A stretch of DNA of 64,000 nucleotides from Prolixibacteraceae bacterium (lineage in GTDB: Bacteria > Bacteroidota > Bacteroidia > Bacteroidales > Prolixibacteraceae). Each line of letters begins with the position of its first letter. The first letter of the stretch is position 1. The DNA lies in NCBI GenBank assembly GCA_023228025.1, contig JALOCD010000004.1, positions 3,860 to 67,859 of the forward strand, written 5' to 3'. The translations under genes were made by a program, and so were the position numbers. This document shows, in pieces, positions 1 to 9,768 of the stretch. The notes beneath the pieces are model-generated. The model saw only the letters and a program-made list of their open reading frames with translations, was not told the DNA's origin and ran no database searches.

Positions 1-712
1 AACTGACGCGTTCATTCTTCACTCCGATGGGTTTGACATCTTTATTGTCCCATGCTTCGTTATATTCGGTAAAAGGAATGTGAAAAAAGGCTAGCGCCGA
101 AAGTGGTTTCCCTCCATTTTTCTGGGTATAGGCGGCACTGATTTTCTGGTACCACACAATTTGATCCAATCCAAACCAATCGTAGCCATCAACCCTGTCC
201 TCAATTCTGCTGTGCGAATTAGAATCCAACCCATAGATCACAGCTTTGGTTATGTGATCTTTACCTAAAACCGGCAGTGCAAAATTGGATGCCCCGCGTA
301 TTCCCTTTTGCATTGTTGTTAGACAATGTGGCATTTTCTTAAGCATTTCGACCAGCTGCTCCCTGGTACTTCCGTACTCTTCATCGTGGTTGCCAAGCAC
401 CAATGCCCAATGCAGTTTGCGGGCGGCAAACAGCTTTTCAAATTGTTGATAAACTTCCAAAGCATTACTTTTGACAACAATATCACCGGTGAGCATTACC
501 AAATCAGGTCGTTCAGCATCCACAATTTCCGACATCAAATTAAAAACTGGATCATTGTATCCATGTTTGTAGTCGATGTGCATGTCGGTAAACTGAATGA
601 TCTTGAATTCACCTGCCTCGCTGAACCGTAGTTTTTGGGCATTGACTAGTCCTGCCATTCCGAGAAGCATTACCAACAATAGAAGTTTAAAAATTCTAAT
701 CTCGGTTCTCAT
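1..712 (-). CDS. calcineurin-like metallophosphoesterase (C-terminal part runs off the window)
   Basis: Absent from the ORF track because no stop lies inside the window. Reverse translation from the ATG at 712 gives MRTEIRIFKLLLLVMLLGMAGLVNAQ (signal peptide), then FKIIQFTDMHID..LTGDIV..LGNHDEE..FFHIP, the metallophosphatase motif series. The + ORF 326..631 is its antisense shadow. Confidence 0.75.
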   Translation of the reverse strand, partial: MRTEIRIFKLLLLVMLLGMAGLVNAQKLRFSEAGEFKIIQFTDMHIDYKHGYNDPVFNLMSEIVDAERPDLVMLTGDIVVKSNALEVYQQFEKLFAARKLHWALVLGNHDEEYGSTREQLVEMLKKMPHCLTTMQKGIRGASNFALPVLGKDHITKAVIYGLDSNSHSRIEDRVDGYDWFGLDQIVWYQKISAAYTQKNGGKPLSALAFFHIPFTEYNEAWDNKDVKPIGVKNERVS

Positions 713-754
713 CTTCCAATTTTCACATTTACACATTTTCCAATTTCCACATTA

Positions 755-1354
755 TCAACTCCTGGAATACCTGTAATAAACCCTCTCCTGAAATTGTTCC
801 GTTGAAACCTTCAGTAGTTCAGCATCCCAATCGACATGGTCCGAGAATAGTAACATGGGTACCAGGGATTCGCCTTTGCGGTAGGGAGGCTGATGATAAT
901 AAACCGGCAGGGCATTGAATCCGGCCCGATTGTAAAAGCCGACTCTCTGAGTACTCATTGAATCGTAGGGAATCTCCACTTCCAGCAAAAGAGGCTTCCC
1001 CTCTCGTTGCAAATGCTGCAGCACCGCAGCGCCAAAGCCTTTTTTGCGTTGCGCAGGAAAAATAGCCAGATGCTCTATGTAACGGAAATGATTAAATTTC
1101 CAATATATGACAAAACCAACGACTACCTCCTCAACAAGGACGGCAGTAAAAAACATATCCTGATCGTTCAACATTCGCAGCAGATCGCTGGTCATTCTTC
1201 GCTCCTCATAAGGGAAAGATTCGGTGTAGAGGCCCAGAAGATCCTGAAGATGCCGGTGCGAACCCGACTGAATTCGTTCAAATTGTAGATCCATATCATA
1301 AGGATTATGCAAATAGTAATTAAATCCATCAATATGGTTCGTAAGGGTAACCAA
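755..1354 (-). CDS. GNAT family N-acetyltransferase
   Basis: 199 aa. Acetyl-CoA binding core: IEHLAIFPAQRKKGFGAAVLQHL. Confidence 0.75.
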   Translation of the reverse strand: MVTLTNHIDGFNYYLHNPYDMDLQFERIQSGSHRHLQDLLGLYTESFPYEERRMTSDLLRMLNDQDMFFTAVLVEEVVVGFVIYWKFNHFRYIEHLAIFPAQRKKGFGAAVLQHLQREGKPLLLEVEIPYDSMSTQRVGFYNRAGFNALPVYYHQPPYRKGESLVPMLLFSDHVDWDAELLKVSTEQFQERVYYRYSRS

Positions 1355-1366
1355 GTGGAACTCTTT

Positions 1367-2242
1367 TTAAGGACGATAGGTTTTGCTCAGCGAGGTGGGT
1401 GTGATAAGGATAAAATCCCCGAGTCCGGTATTCTCTTTGGAGAGGTCATCGACAGAATCTTGTTCCGTTGATCCTATGGTAACCACCTTCAAGCCAGGAC
1501 GCGCTTGTTTCAGGTACCATTCGATTGCCGTGTGGTTATCGCTGTGGTAGGAGCCGTTGTAGTGAACAAAGGTTTGACCGGAGGATAGATTTTTTAAGAT
1601 GAAATAAGCCATGGTGGCATCCTTGATGGCCTGGGATTTTGGAAGATTCTCCCCGCCATGCCCCTTTGCCGCCGCAAAAATATCGGCATAACATTTCAAA
1701 GTTTTGTCATAGGCAATCGGAAGCGGGGCGATCCATCTTCTTGCCTCAGGCTCAATGCTGTCAAGTTTTTCCAGCCCTCTGGTGTAGACCATGTTGGCAT
1801 ATCTTCTGGGTACATTGGTGGCAATAAATTTCAGCTTGTTTTTCTTGGCAAAATCAAGCAGCGGTTTGTAATCACTTGGGAAATTGGTCCAGAGTTTACA
1901 TTCATCCTTGAAAGTTTTCTCCGTCAGCGACCCAGACAGATATTCATTCACAACGACCTGATCATCTGCCTCAAACATCTCCGCCCCAAGGATCAAATTT
2001 TCCTTTTTTGTTTCGTACAAATCTTTGGTAAGCTCCTGTTCAAGCCAATGGTCGATCGGATTGTCATGCTGCTCCCCGAACAGAACCACATCAGCTTCTC
2101 TGGCCTGTTCCAGCATTTTAGCATAGTGGCACTCTTTGCCGTTCGCATCAAAAATCATGTAGGCATTCTTGTCACTCTTAAAGGCAAGCAATGCCACAAC
2201 AGCCACCATGATTAAAATAATTTTATGCATTGTATAAAACAT
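1367..2242 (-). CDS. ChaN-like (Tiki/haem-binding uptake superfamily) lipoprotein
   Basis: 291 aa with an N-terminal signal/TM. The VVLFGEQHDNPIDHWLEQEL motif is typical of ChaN/Cofac_haem_bdg proteins. Confidence 0.6.
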   Translation of the reverse strand: MFYTMHKIILIMVAVVALLAFKSDKNAYMIFDANGKECHYAKMLEQAREADVVLFGEQHDNPIDHWLEQELTKDLYETKKENLILGAEMFEADDQVVVNEYLSGSLTEKTFKDECKLWTNFPSDYKPLLDFAKKNKLKFIATNVPRRYANMVYTRGLEKLDSIEPEARRWIAPLPIAYDKTLKCYADIFAAAKGHGGENLPKSQAIKDATMAYFILKNLSSGQTFVHYNGSYHSDNHTAIEWYLKQARPGLKVVTIGSTEQDSVDDLSKENTGLGDFILITPTSLSKTYRP

Positions 2243-2399
2243 TAGATTTGAATCTCAAAGATATCATTTTCACGGTATATTTGGATCAACTTTTGCGTTG
2301 GTTTGTCTCATGGCAACAAAGAATGAACTATTTTTGCCATTGCTTTGTTTATTGAATATCATAAGGTACCTCATTGCACTTTCAATAACCTAAAATACT

Positions 2400-4556
2400 A
2401 TGTCAACTTTCTTCAAAAGATTGGTAAAAGGAGCTACCGTTGAATCGAGGTTGTTGCTTGCATTTCTACCAATGATCGTCGCAATGATACTGATCGACAG
2501 CTACCTGGATCAATCATCCATATTATCAAGCCTATCCTTCCTCGCAACTTTCATACTAAAATTCGTTTTAGCGATCCCGGTAATGGTCATCATCATCTAT
2601 GGTATGTCAAAATTACTGGATCAAAAACTATCAAAGACAAAACTTGCACTATTGACCAGTGAGGAAAGATTCAGAACAATTTTCGAAAACAATACCTCTG
2701 CCATTCTTATCCTGGAAACTGACACAAATGTTTCGATGGTAAATGACGCTTACTGCAAGCTGACAGGATTTCCCCGTGAAGAGGTCGTTGGTCAAAGCTG
2801 GACACGTCTGATTCCTGAATCTGAGCAAAAAAGGTTAACAGAGTTAAACAAGCTTAGGCTCCAACAATCCACAGATATTCCCAGCAATTATGAATTTCAG
2901 TTTATCCGGAAAGATGGAGAGATCAGGGTTGGTATCATGTCTGTCTTTTACGATCTGCTTATCAACCAAATTGTGGTCTCGTTCACAGATATCACGGAAC
3001 GGAAGCAGATGGAAATTTCTTTGCGGGAAAGTGAAGAAAGATACCGCAAGCTAATTGAAATACAGGGTGAAGGACTTGGAATTGTTGATACAAACGAGCG
3101 GTTCATTTTTGCCAATCCGGCTGCGGATAAAATCATGGGAGTCCCTATTGGAACGCTGGTTGGCAGATCTATGGACGAATTTGTGACCAAAGAGACTTTC
3201 GAGAATGTCAGGAAACAGACCATGACGAGACAGGAAGGCAATCAAAGCACTTACGAAATGGAGTTTATCCGGCTGGACGGTGAACATAGAATGATGCTTG
3301 TTACTGCCACACCGACATTCAATAGCAATGGTGAATTTGAAGCTACACTTGGTATTTTTCACGACATCACTGACAGGAAAAAAATTGAAAATGAACTCAA
3401 AAAGAATGAAGCGGAACTCAAGGCCCTCAATACGACCAAAGACAAGTTATTCTCCATTGTTGCACACGATCTGAGGGGACCAATCGGAACATCTGCCGAC
3501 CTTCTGGAGGTACTGATTGAGAGTTTTGATGCTTTCAGTAATGAGGAGCGGTTAAAAATGTTGGATATCCTGAAGAATTCGGCCAAATCAACTTATAATT
3601 TATTGGAGACACTTCTGAATTGGGCGATCATTCAAACAGGAAACATGGTATTTAAACCGGAACTTTTTAACCTGACCCATTGCATAGACACTACCGTTAG
3701 AAATTTCGTACCAGCAGCGCTTTCCAAAAATATCACACTGCTTTATGAACCCGGTGATGAAATATTCAGTTTTGCGGATCAGAATATGATACAGACCGTA
3801 TTACGAAACCTGATTGGAAATGCCATCAAATATACATTCAGGGGAGGAACCATTGAGGTAAAATCAGTCAATCAGGGCCACAAAATTGAAATTTCTATCT
3901 CGGACAATGGAGTGGGTATGGATGAAGAAACCCGTAAGAAACTTTTTGTACAAAACAAACAAGATTCCAAATATGGTACTGAGAATGAAAAGGGTACCGG
4001 CCTTGGATTGGTTCTGTGCAAAGAATTTATCGAGAAGCACGGAGGCCATATCCATGCGGAGAGCGAACCTGGCAGAGGAAGCTCATTCATTTTTGATATC
4101 CCCAAAATGCAATCCTATGGGGAAACACTGCCGGGAAAAATTCCGGGAGCAAAACCGTGTCACACAAAATTCAACAACGAACTGATTCTGATCGTCGAGG
4201 ATGAAGACATTAACTATCAGGTATTGTGTTCCATTCTCACCAGTGTAAGTTTAAAATATGAAAGGGCAATAACCGGCGGGGAGGCTGTTGATAAGTTCTT
4301 GCACAATCGTTATGATCTCATTCTGATGGATGTTCAGTTGCCTGAGATGAATGGATGGGAGGCTACCATGAAGATCAGGGAGAATGATTCTGAAATTCCC
4401 ATTGTTGCCGTAACAGCATACGCCTCTGATCCTTCAAAGAAGATGACCATGGAGGCCGGTTGCAATGATTATGTTACGAAACCGATCAACAAAGCTAAAT
4501 TGGTTCAGATGTTGGAAAAGCATTTGTCGAAGAACAGAATTGCATCCAACCTATAG
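2400..4556 (+). CDS. hybrid sensor histidine kinase/response regulator (2 TM, PAS x2, HisKA, HATPase_c, REC)
   Basis: 718 aa. H-box SIVAHDLRGP, N-box LIGNAIKYT, G-box GTGLGLVLCKEF. C-terminal receiver ILIVEDEDIN..DLILMDVQLPEMNG..TKP. Confidence 0.85.
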   Translation: MSTFFKRLVKGATVESRLLLAFLPMIVAMILIDSYLDQSSILSSLSFLATFILKFVLAIPVMVIIIYGMSKLLDQKLSKTKLALLTSEERFRTIFENNTSAILILETDTNVSMVNDAYCKLTGFPREEVVGQSWTRLIPESEQKRLTELNKLRLQQSTDIPSNYEFQFIRKDGEIRVGIMSVFYDLLINQIVVSFTDITERKQMEISLRESEERYRKLIEIQGEGLGIVDTNERFIFANPAADKIMGVPIGTLVGRSMDEFVTKETFENVRKQTMTRQEGNQSTYEMEFIRLDGEHRMMLVTATPTFNSNGEFEATLGIFHDITDRKKIENELKKNEAELKALNTTKDKLFSIVAHDLRGPIGTSADLLEVLIESFDAFSNEERLKMLDILKNSAKSTYNLLETLLNWAIIQTGNMVFKPELFNLTHCIDTTVRNFVPAALSKNITLLYEPGDEIFSFADQNMIQTVLRNLIGNAIKYTFRGGTIEVKSVNQGHKIEISISDNGVGMDEETRKKLFVQNKQDSKYGTENEKGTGLGLVLCKEFIEKHGGHIHAESEPGRGSSFIFDIPKMQSYGETLPGKIPGAKPCHTKFNNELILIVEDEDINYQVLCSILTSVSLKYERAITGGEAVDKFLHNRYDLILMDVQLPEMNGWEATMKIRENDSEIPIVAVTAYASDPSKKMTMEAGCNDYVTKPINKAKLVQMLEKHLSKNRIASNL

Positions 4557-4613
4557 TAAGAGTGAGAGAACTACCTGGCCTTAGCTATTGGCGGTAAGCC
4601 AATTATAAGACAT

Positions 4614-4658
4614 AAAAAAAGGGAGTGAATTTGAATCAATCATTTCACTCCCTTCTTG
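4614..4658. terminator. bidirectional stem-loop between convergent genes
   Basis: aaaaaaa-GGGAGTGAA-14 nt loop-TTCACTCCC-ttcttgt. A-run on one side and T-rich on the other. Lies between the HK (+) and the rhamnosidase (-). Confidence 0.5.
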
Positions 4659-4673
4659 TATCATCTGTTGCCC

Positions 4674-7424
4674 TTATTTCTTTGGAAGAAATTGGTCTGA
4701 GTCGTAGGTGAAGTGATAGGTTCCGGATCCAAGTTCAATCGTTGTGCAATTGTTATCCTGCGTCGCCTTGCAAATCTTACTGCCCGAGATCGGGAGCTGA
4801 TTCAAAGTCACTTTGGCAAGGTCGGCATGGGGAAGAGTTATTGTTGCCGTGGTATTGGCCGGAATGGTAACATCATAGTCAAATTGCGCCTTATCCAGTT
4901 TCCATGCTGATTTGATTGTTCCGTACAAACTGCTAAGTTCCGCAGATGCCTTCGTCAGATCGCCTCCCGGATGCGGAGCCATCAGGATATGTTTGTAACC
5001 AGGATGTTGCGGATCAAGGTCAATTCCGGCAACATGCTTGTACAACCACTCTCCTATCGCACCATATGCATAATGGTTGAAACTGTTCATTCCGGCATTT
5101 TGAAAAGATCCGTCCGGTTTTTGTCCGTCCCAACGTTCCCAGATCGTAGTGGCGCCCTGGGTGACCGGGTACAACCAGGAGGGATATTTTGTCCTTTTCA
5201 GCAACATGAAGGACAGGTCGTCCCTGCCAATTGATGTAAGGGTTTGGCAAACCAGCGGTGTTCCAACGAATCCTGAAGTGAGGTGCCCCATCTTCTTTAC
5301 GTCGGCTGCGAGGTATTCAGCTGAGCTCTTTTTTAAATTTTCGGGCAGCAGATCAAAGGCGAGCGCCAACGAATAACCTGTTTGGGTATGAGAAACAACC
5401 CTTCCATTTTTCGTAACAAATTCATCGATAAACGCCTTTTTAACTGCTGACGATAGGTTGGCATAAAAAGCGGCATCCTCTGTTTTACCAAGGATGGTAG
5501 CAATCTGGCTCAGAATCTTCGAGGAATGTGCATAATAAGCCGTTGCAATCAGGTCCTTCTCTGTCGTTGCACCAGGATAGGAGGAGCTGGTTGTTGCGAA
5601 GGCAAGCCAATCGCCATAATGCTCATCTCCAACCCAAAGGTTTTTTTCTCCGGCACGGGTATGCATGTATTCGACCCATGCCTTCATGCTGTTGTACTGT
5701 TCAGCAAGGATGCGTTTGTCCCCATAAACCTGGTAGACTGTCCACGGCACAATGACGGAAGCATCGGCCCATGCCGTCGCTCCCCCTCCGCCGCTCAGCA
5801 CATCAGGAATCACATGAGGTACACGGCCACTTTTCAACTGGTCAGCAGTAAAGTCCTTCATCCATTTGGTGTAAAAAGCTGCGACATCGAAATTGAACGC
5901 TGCCGTCTGGCTGAATACCTGGGCATCGCCTGTCCAGCCAAGCCGCTCGTCACGCTGCGGACAATCGGTAGGAACATCGACAAAGTTGCCTTTTTGTCCC
6001 CATTGGATGTTGTGCTGCAATTGGTTGATCAGCGAGTCTGAACATGCGAAACTCCCGGTAGGTTTCATGGCAGAATGGATAACCACTCCGGTGACCTGAT
6101 CCAGGGTTGGTTCAGAAGCAAGTCCCTCCAATTTTACAAACCTGAAACCATGAAAGGTAAACAGCGGTTGGTAGACCTCTTCTCCTCCGCCTTTCAGAAT
6201 GTAGGTATCGGTACATTTCGCGGCGCGAAGGTTGTCCGTGTAAAAATTTCCTGCCTTGTCCAAAACTTCAGCAAATTTAACCACTACCTTATCTCCGCTT
6301 TTCCCATTTACCTTCAGCCGTACTACTCCAACCATGTTCTGCCCCATGTCGAGAACTGACTCACCCTTTGGCGTTTTGATCAGCTTAACTGGTTTGATCT
6401 CCTGAATGGCCTGCACCGGAACTCCCTGCGGTGCTATCAGGGTACTTTTTGTAAAATCATATTTGGCTGCCATTCCCCAATTGGAATCCGCATAACCTGC
6501 CAAGTCCCAACCGTTCAACTCAAGTCTCGCGTCGTAAAGCTCACCATTGTAAATATCCGATTCGAGGATAGGTCCTGTAATGGCTTTCCAATTCGTATCG
6601 GTGGTGATGGTCTCACTGGTTCCATCTGTGTAAGTGACTTCAAGTTGAGCAAGAAGGGCACTTTTATCACCGTAATAGCTCCTTTGTCCATTGAAACCAA
6701 TATTGCCACGGTACCATCCGTCACCAACGATTGCCCCAATGGTATTTTTTGTCGTCAGCATCGTGGTAACCTCATAAGTCTGGTACTGAATACGGTTCTT
6801 ATAACTGGTCCAACCCGGGGAGAACAGGTCATTCCCAACTTTCTTCCCATTGATATGCAACTCATAAAGTCCAAGGGCAGTGACATAGACCCTGGCCGAC
6901 TTCACTTTCTTGCCCAGGGAGAACTCCTTTCTGAAATAGTGGGCCGGACGAGATACCAAATTATCCTTTTCTGTCCCTAACCTGATCCAGTTAGCTTTCC
7001 AATCGGCTTCTGCGAGGAGCCCCATCTCCCAATAAGCGGGTTCACTCCAGGCAGTGGCTTTGTTTTTGGCGTCCCATATCCTCACTTGCCACCACACCCT
7101 TTGTTTTGATTTGACGGCTGTACCCTCATAGGTTATACTGACCGATTCGGAAGAGTTCACTTTTCCGGTTCCCCAAAGCAGCTTTTTGGTTCCAGACAGG
7201 TTTCCTTGATTATCAGCAACCCTGATTTCATAAGCCTGTTGGATGAAATTGTTTTCAGTCGTTACGATTTGCCAACTCAGTCGTGGTTGGGCAACACCAA
7301 TCCCGACAGGATTGATCTGGTATTCACATTTCAAAGTGGAAACGGTAGTTTTGGAATACCCTGCAATTGAAATGAGCGCTAATAACAATGAATGCAAAAT
7401 TTTTGTGAAGTAGTTAATTCGCAT
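4674..7424 (-). CDS. alpha-L-rhamnosidase (glycoside hydrolase family 78)
   Basis: Strong family signatures: CEYQINPVGI..PRLSWQ at the N-terminus and DCPQRDERLGWTGDAQVF in the catalytic domain. Start trimmed from 7520 to the ATG at 7424 (MRINYFTKILHSLLLALISIAG signal peptide), because the longer ORF would overlap the upstream gene. Confidence 0.85.
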   Translation of the reverse strand: MRINYFTKILHSLLLALISIAGYSKTTVSTLKCEYQINPVGIGVAQPRLSWQIVTTENNFIQQAYEIRVADNQGNLSGTKKLLWGTGKVNSSESVSITYEGTAVKSKQRVWWQVRIWDAKNKATAWSEPAYWEMGLLAEADWKANWIRLGTEKDNLVSRPAHYFRKEFSLGKKVKSARVYVTALGLYELHINGKKVGNDLFSPGWTSYKNRIQYQTYEVTTMLTTKNTIGAIVGDGWYRGNIGFNGQRSYYGDKSALLAQLEVTYTDGTSETITTDTNWKAITGPILESDIYNGELYDARLELNGWDLAGYADSNWGMAAKYDFTKSTLIAPQGVPVQAIQEIKPVKLIKTPKGESVLDMGQNMVGVVRLKVNGKSGDKVVVKFAEVLDKAGNFYTDNLRAAKCTDTYILKGGGEEVYQPLFTFHGFRFVKLEGLASEPTLDQVTGVVIHSAMKPTGSFACSDSLINQLQHNIQWGQKGNFVDVPTDCPQRDERLGWTGDAQVFSQTAAFNFDVAAFYTKWMKDFTADQLKSGRVPHVIPDVLSGGGGATAWADASVIVPWTVYQVYGDKRILAEQYNSMKAWVEYMHTRAGEKNLWVGDEHYGDWLAFATTSSSYPGATTEKDLIATAYYAHSSKILSQIATILGKTEDAAFYANLSSAVKKAFIDEFVTKNGRVVSHTQTGYSLALAFDLLPENLKKSSAEYLAADVKKMGHLTSGFVGTPLVCQTLTSIGRDDLSFMLLKRTKYPSWLYPVTQGATTIWERWDGQKPDGSFQNAGMNSFNHYAYGAIGEWLYKHVAGIDLDPQHPGYKHILMAPHPGGDLTKASAELSSLYGTIKSAWKLDKAQFDYDVTIPANTTATITLPHADLAKVTLNQLPISGSKICKATQDNNCTTIELGSGTYHFTYDSDQFLPKK

Positions 7425-7470
7425 TTTCGATTTATTTATGTGGTTAATTTCTTCAAAGGTAAAATAATAT

Positions 7471-8445
7471 CTAACTCCAAACACCCGGATTAACAATAGA
7501 AATATCCCTTCTCCCCTCAAAAAAACCTAAAATATTCGCGGCTGCTTCGTGGGCAATTTCTATGCGGGTATCAATGGTGCCGGTGGCATTGTGGGGAGTA
7601 AGTACTACATTGTCAAGAGCAAGCAGCTCAGGGGTTATCACCGGTTCTGCCTCAAATACATCGAGTCCGGCGCCACCCAGCTTACCATTCTGAAGATATT
7701 TCACAAGCATCTTTTCATCGATCACCGGGCCCCGGGCTGTATTGATGATAATGGCCCCTTGTTTCATGCTTTGCATTGCCGCTTCGCCCAAAAGATGATG
7801 CGTTTCATTGTTCAAGGGACAATGCAAAGAGATAACATCCGATTTTTCAAGCAGCTCCTTCATGCTAACCAACCGGCAGTCATATTTTTGTTCGATATCG
7901 CCGGCCAACCGGGTGCGGTTGTAATAGATCACCTTCATCCCTGATGCAATGGCCCTGCGCGCAAATGCCTGGCCTATCCTTCCCATACCAACAATTCCCA
8001 CTGTTTTGCCGAAGGTCCCTTTTCCCAGATTCTCCATCATTCCCCATTTGAAATGAGGATTGGACCTCAGGCCCCTGTCGGTTAAAGCTATGTTTCTGGT
8101 TAACGCCAACAGCAACCCGAAGGCCATTTCAGCAGTGGGTTCTGTGACCGCATTCGGCGTATTGCAAACAACAATGCCCATCTCCGTGGCCTTTGTCACA
8201 TCGATGTTGTTGAAACCCACCCCAAAATTGGCAATGATCTTTACCTGTTTCCCTTCATTCATCATCTCCGCCTTAAATGGTTTGATGAAAACGGAGAGTA
8301 CCCCATCGACTTCACGAATATGTTCCTTGATCTCCTCGTCAGAAAACATGAAATTTTGGGTTGGATAAATCAGGTCACATTTCTTTTCCAATTCTGAAAG
8401 CCCCTTCCGGGGAATAGCTGCAACAACAAGAATTTTTGGCTTCAT
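7471..8445 (-). CDS. D-isomer-specific 2-hydroxyacid dehydrogenase (glyoxylate/hydroxypyruvate reductase-like)
   Basis: 324 aa. NAD fold GIVGMGRIGQAFARRA. Catalytic region NTARG..D..L and LTPHNATGT. Confidence 0.85.
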   Translation of the reverse strand: MKPKILVVAAIPRKGLSELEKKCDLIYPTQNFMFSDEEIKEHIREVDGVLSVFIKPFKAEMMNEGKQVKIIANFGVGFNNIDVTKATEMGIVVCNTPNAVTEPTAEMAFGLLLALTRNIALTDRGLRSNPHFKWGMMENLGKGTFGKTVGIVGMGRIGQAFARRAIASGMKVIYYNRTRLAGDIEQKYDCRLVSMKELLEKSDVISLHCPLNNETHHLLGEAAMQSMKQGAIIINTARGPVIDEKMLVKYLQNGKLGGAGLDVFEAEPVITPELLALDNVVLTPHNATGTIDTRIEIAHEAAANILGFFEGRRDISIVNPGVWS

Positions 8446-8465
8446 TTTAAATAGTAGTTAATAGT

Positions 8466-8497
8466 AATGGACAATGGACAATTGAAAATGGACAATT
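8466..8497. repeat. 'caattgtcaat' word-repeat, reverse orientation (left arm)
   Basis: aatggacaatggacaattgaaaatggacaatt. Positions 8477-8497 are the exact reverse complement of 8801-8821 (21/21). Confidence 0.8.
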
Positions 8498-8548
8498 ATT
8501 TGATTATCGGAATTTGTGTAGGACAATCAGAAATAAAAAACTTAGAAA

Positions 8549-8710
8549 CTGTTTAAATTTTGCAATTTCATATACCGGAGGTATAATATGTGGGTAGAAA
8601 GCCGATGGTTGAAGATCCATTTCGTCCCGTCCGGGACGAGATTGTCATTGGGGATTGATTTTCTACCCACATTAAATCCCTACCGGGATAAAAAATGTAA
8701 ATTTAAACAG
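8549..8710. other. multi-stem palindromic structured element (candidate ncRNA or REP-like element)
   Basis: Nested perfect stems: 8549-8560/8699-8710 (12 bp) and 8588-8600/8660-8672 (13 bp). Inner stem 8602-8608/8645-8651 has two G.U pairs only if read on the + strand. Apical hairpin 8622-8639. Two flanking mini-hairpins at 8571-8585 and 8676-8689. Confidence 0.4.
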
Positions 8711-8793
8711 TCTCTTACAAATCTATTAAGTTTACCAAATAAATTAATATTGTATTACAACTTTGTAGCGCTCACCAGTTCAGGATTATATAT

Positions 8794-8877
8794 CATTGTC
8801 AATTGTCCATTTTCAATTGTCAACTACTCAAATTCCTGATTCATTGTCAACTATCAATTGTCAATTGTCAATTTTTT
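8794..8877. repeat. 'caattgtcaat' word-repeat (right arm plus tandem copies)
   Basis: cattgtcaattgtccattttcaattgtcaac...cattgtcaactatcaattgtcaattgtcaatttttt. Same word family as 47988-48023 and, in reverse orientation, 55194-55232. Confidence 0.8.
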
Positions 8878-9370
8878 AAACGTATCCCCCATCGCTTGTC
8901 ACTAGAAATTTCCCATAATAAATGCCTGTGTAATAAAACCGCAGGGAGGAGAGTAACAGCGGAACCGACATCATCAGGTAAAGGAAAGCCAGGTAGGGAA
9001 AAGGGATCCAGCCTGTGGTCCGCAAGGTAATCCCCATGGTAATCATGAATGTCATTACCATATAACTCCTGAAATTAAAAAAAGAGAAAGCACACGGAAA
9101 TTCCTCCTTCATTTTAAGGATCCTGAGGGTATGTTTCATCGATAATTTGGAGAACATCTTCAGGTAGAACAGGATTCCACCTGCAAGGGCGACCAATAAT
9201 TTCAGCCAAATCATCCGGGTAGAAGTATCCAGCATCTTGTAACCCTTGAACATCAACATAGAACCTGCAAAAGTCCAGAGTGCAGCAGCAATAAAAAGAA
9301 GGAGACGTTTTGGAACGCCTGGTTTTAAACGAGTCAGAATTTTCACATTTACAAATTTAAAAAGAACCAA
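8876..9370 (-). CDS. small integral membrane protein, unknown function (about 4 TM)
   Basis: 164 aa with four hydrophobic segments. Last gene of a three-gene co-directional set. No family recognised. Confidence 0.5.
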   Translation of the reverse strand: MVLFKFVNVKILTRLKPGVPKRLLLFIAAALWTFAGSMLMFKGYKMLDTSTRMIWLKLLVALAGGILFYLKMFSKLSMKHTLRILKMKEEFPCAFSFFNFRSYMVMTFMITMGITLRTTGWIPFPYLAFLYLMMSVPLLLSSLRFYYTGIYYGKFLVTSDGGYV

Positions 9371-9436
9371 AGTCTTGCGAAATAAATACGTCTGACCTGT
9401 CCTAAAGTTCGCAAATGAAGGGAAAAAATGTGAATC

Positions 9437-9766
9437 TTACTTGACGAGTTCCAAAATATCGATGATCTGACCTGTAATTTTGACAATTTTCCGAAGTGTG
9501 ACGGTAAGTTCAGAAAGCTGTTCTGAAGTCCTGTTCATCTCTTCAGTCAACGCATTTAGCGCCATACTTTCGTTTTTTAGTGCAACGATCAGTTTCTTTT
9601 CAAATGTTGAGACCAATAATCTTTCAAGATTTCTCAGATGCTGGGATGTCTTTTCGAGACTTTGCACTGTTTCAGAACTTAAATTTTTACCGGTTATTTC
9701 AACAAGAATGTCATACTGGGCCTTCCGGATCTCTTCCAATGTGATCTTTTTGTCCATTTTTATCAT
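9437..9766 (-). CDS. hypothetical helical/coiled-coil protein
   Basis: 109 aa with a heptad-like pattern. Its start is 2 nt after the stop of the upstream lipoprotein gene, which suggests translational coupling. Confidence 0.45.
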   Translation of the reverse strand: MIKMDKKITLEEIRKAQYDILVEITGKNLSSETVQSLEKTSQHLRNLERLLVSTFEKKLIVALKNESMALNALTEEMNRTSEQLSELTVTLRKIVKITGQIIDILELVK

Positions 9767-9768
9767 TT

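Noticed and set aside
1658-2215. A 185-aa + strand ORF, together with similar long ORFs at 5526..6041, 7549..7944, 44118..44684, 56212..56619 and many others in the track.
   Set aside because: All lie antisense to, or out of frame within, genes with strong family signatures (ChaN-like, GH78, dehydrogenase, ribBA, pruA). Their sequences are low-complexity or Arg/Cys/Ser-rich with no motifs. They are typical shadow ORFs.
8588-8839. An 83-aa ORF (MWVESRWLKIHFVPSGTRL..) and an ORF at 8803..9030.
   Set aside because: They read straight through the palindromic element and the caattgtcaat word-repeats. The 'peptide' is just the translation of hairpin arms.
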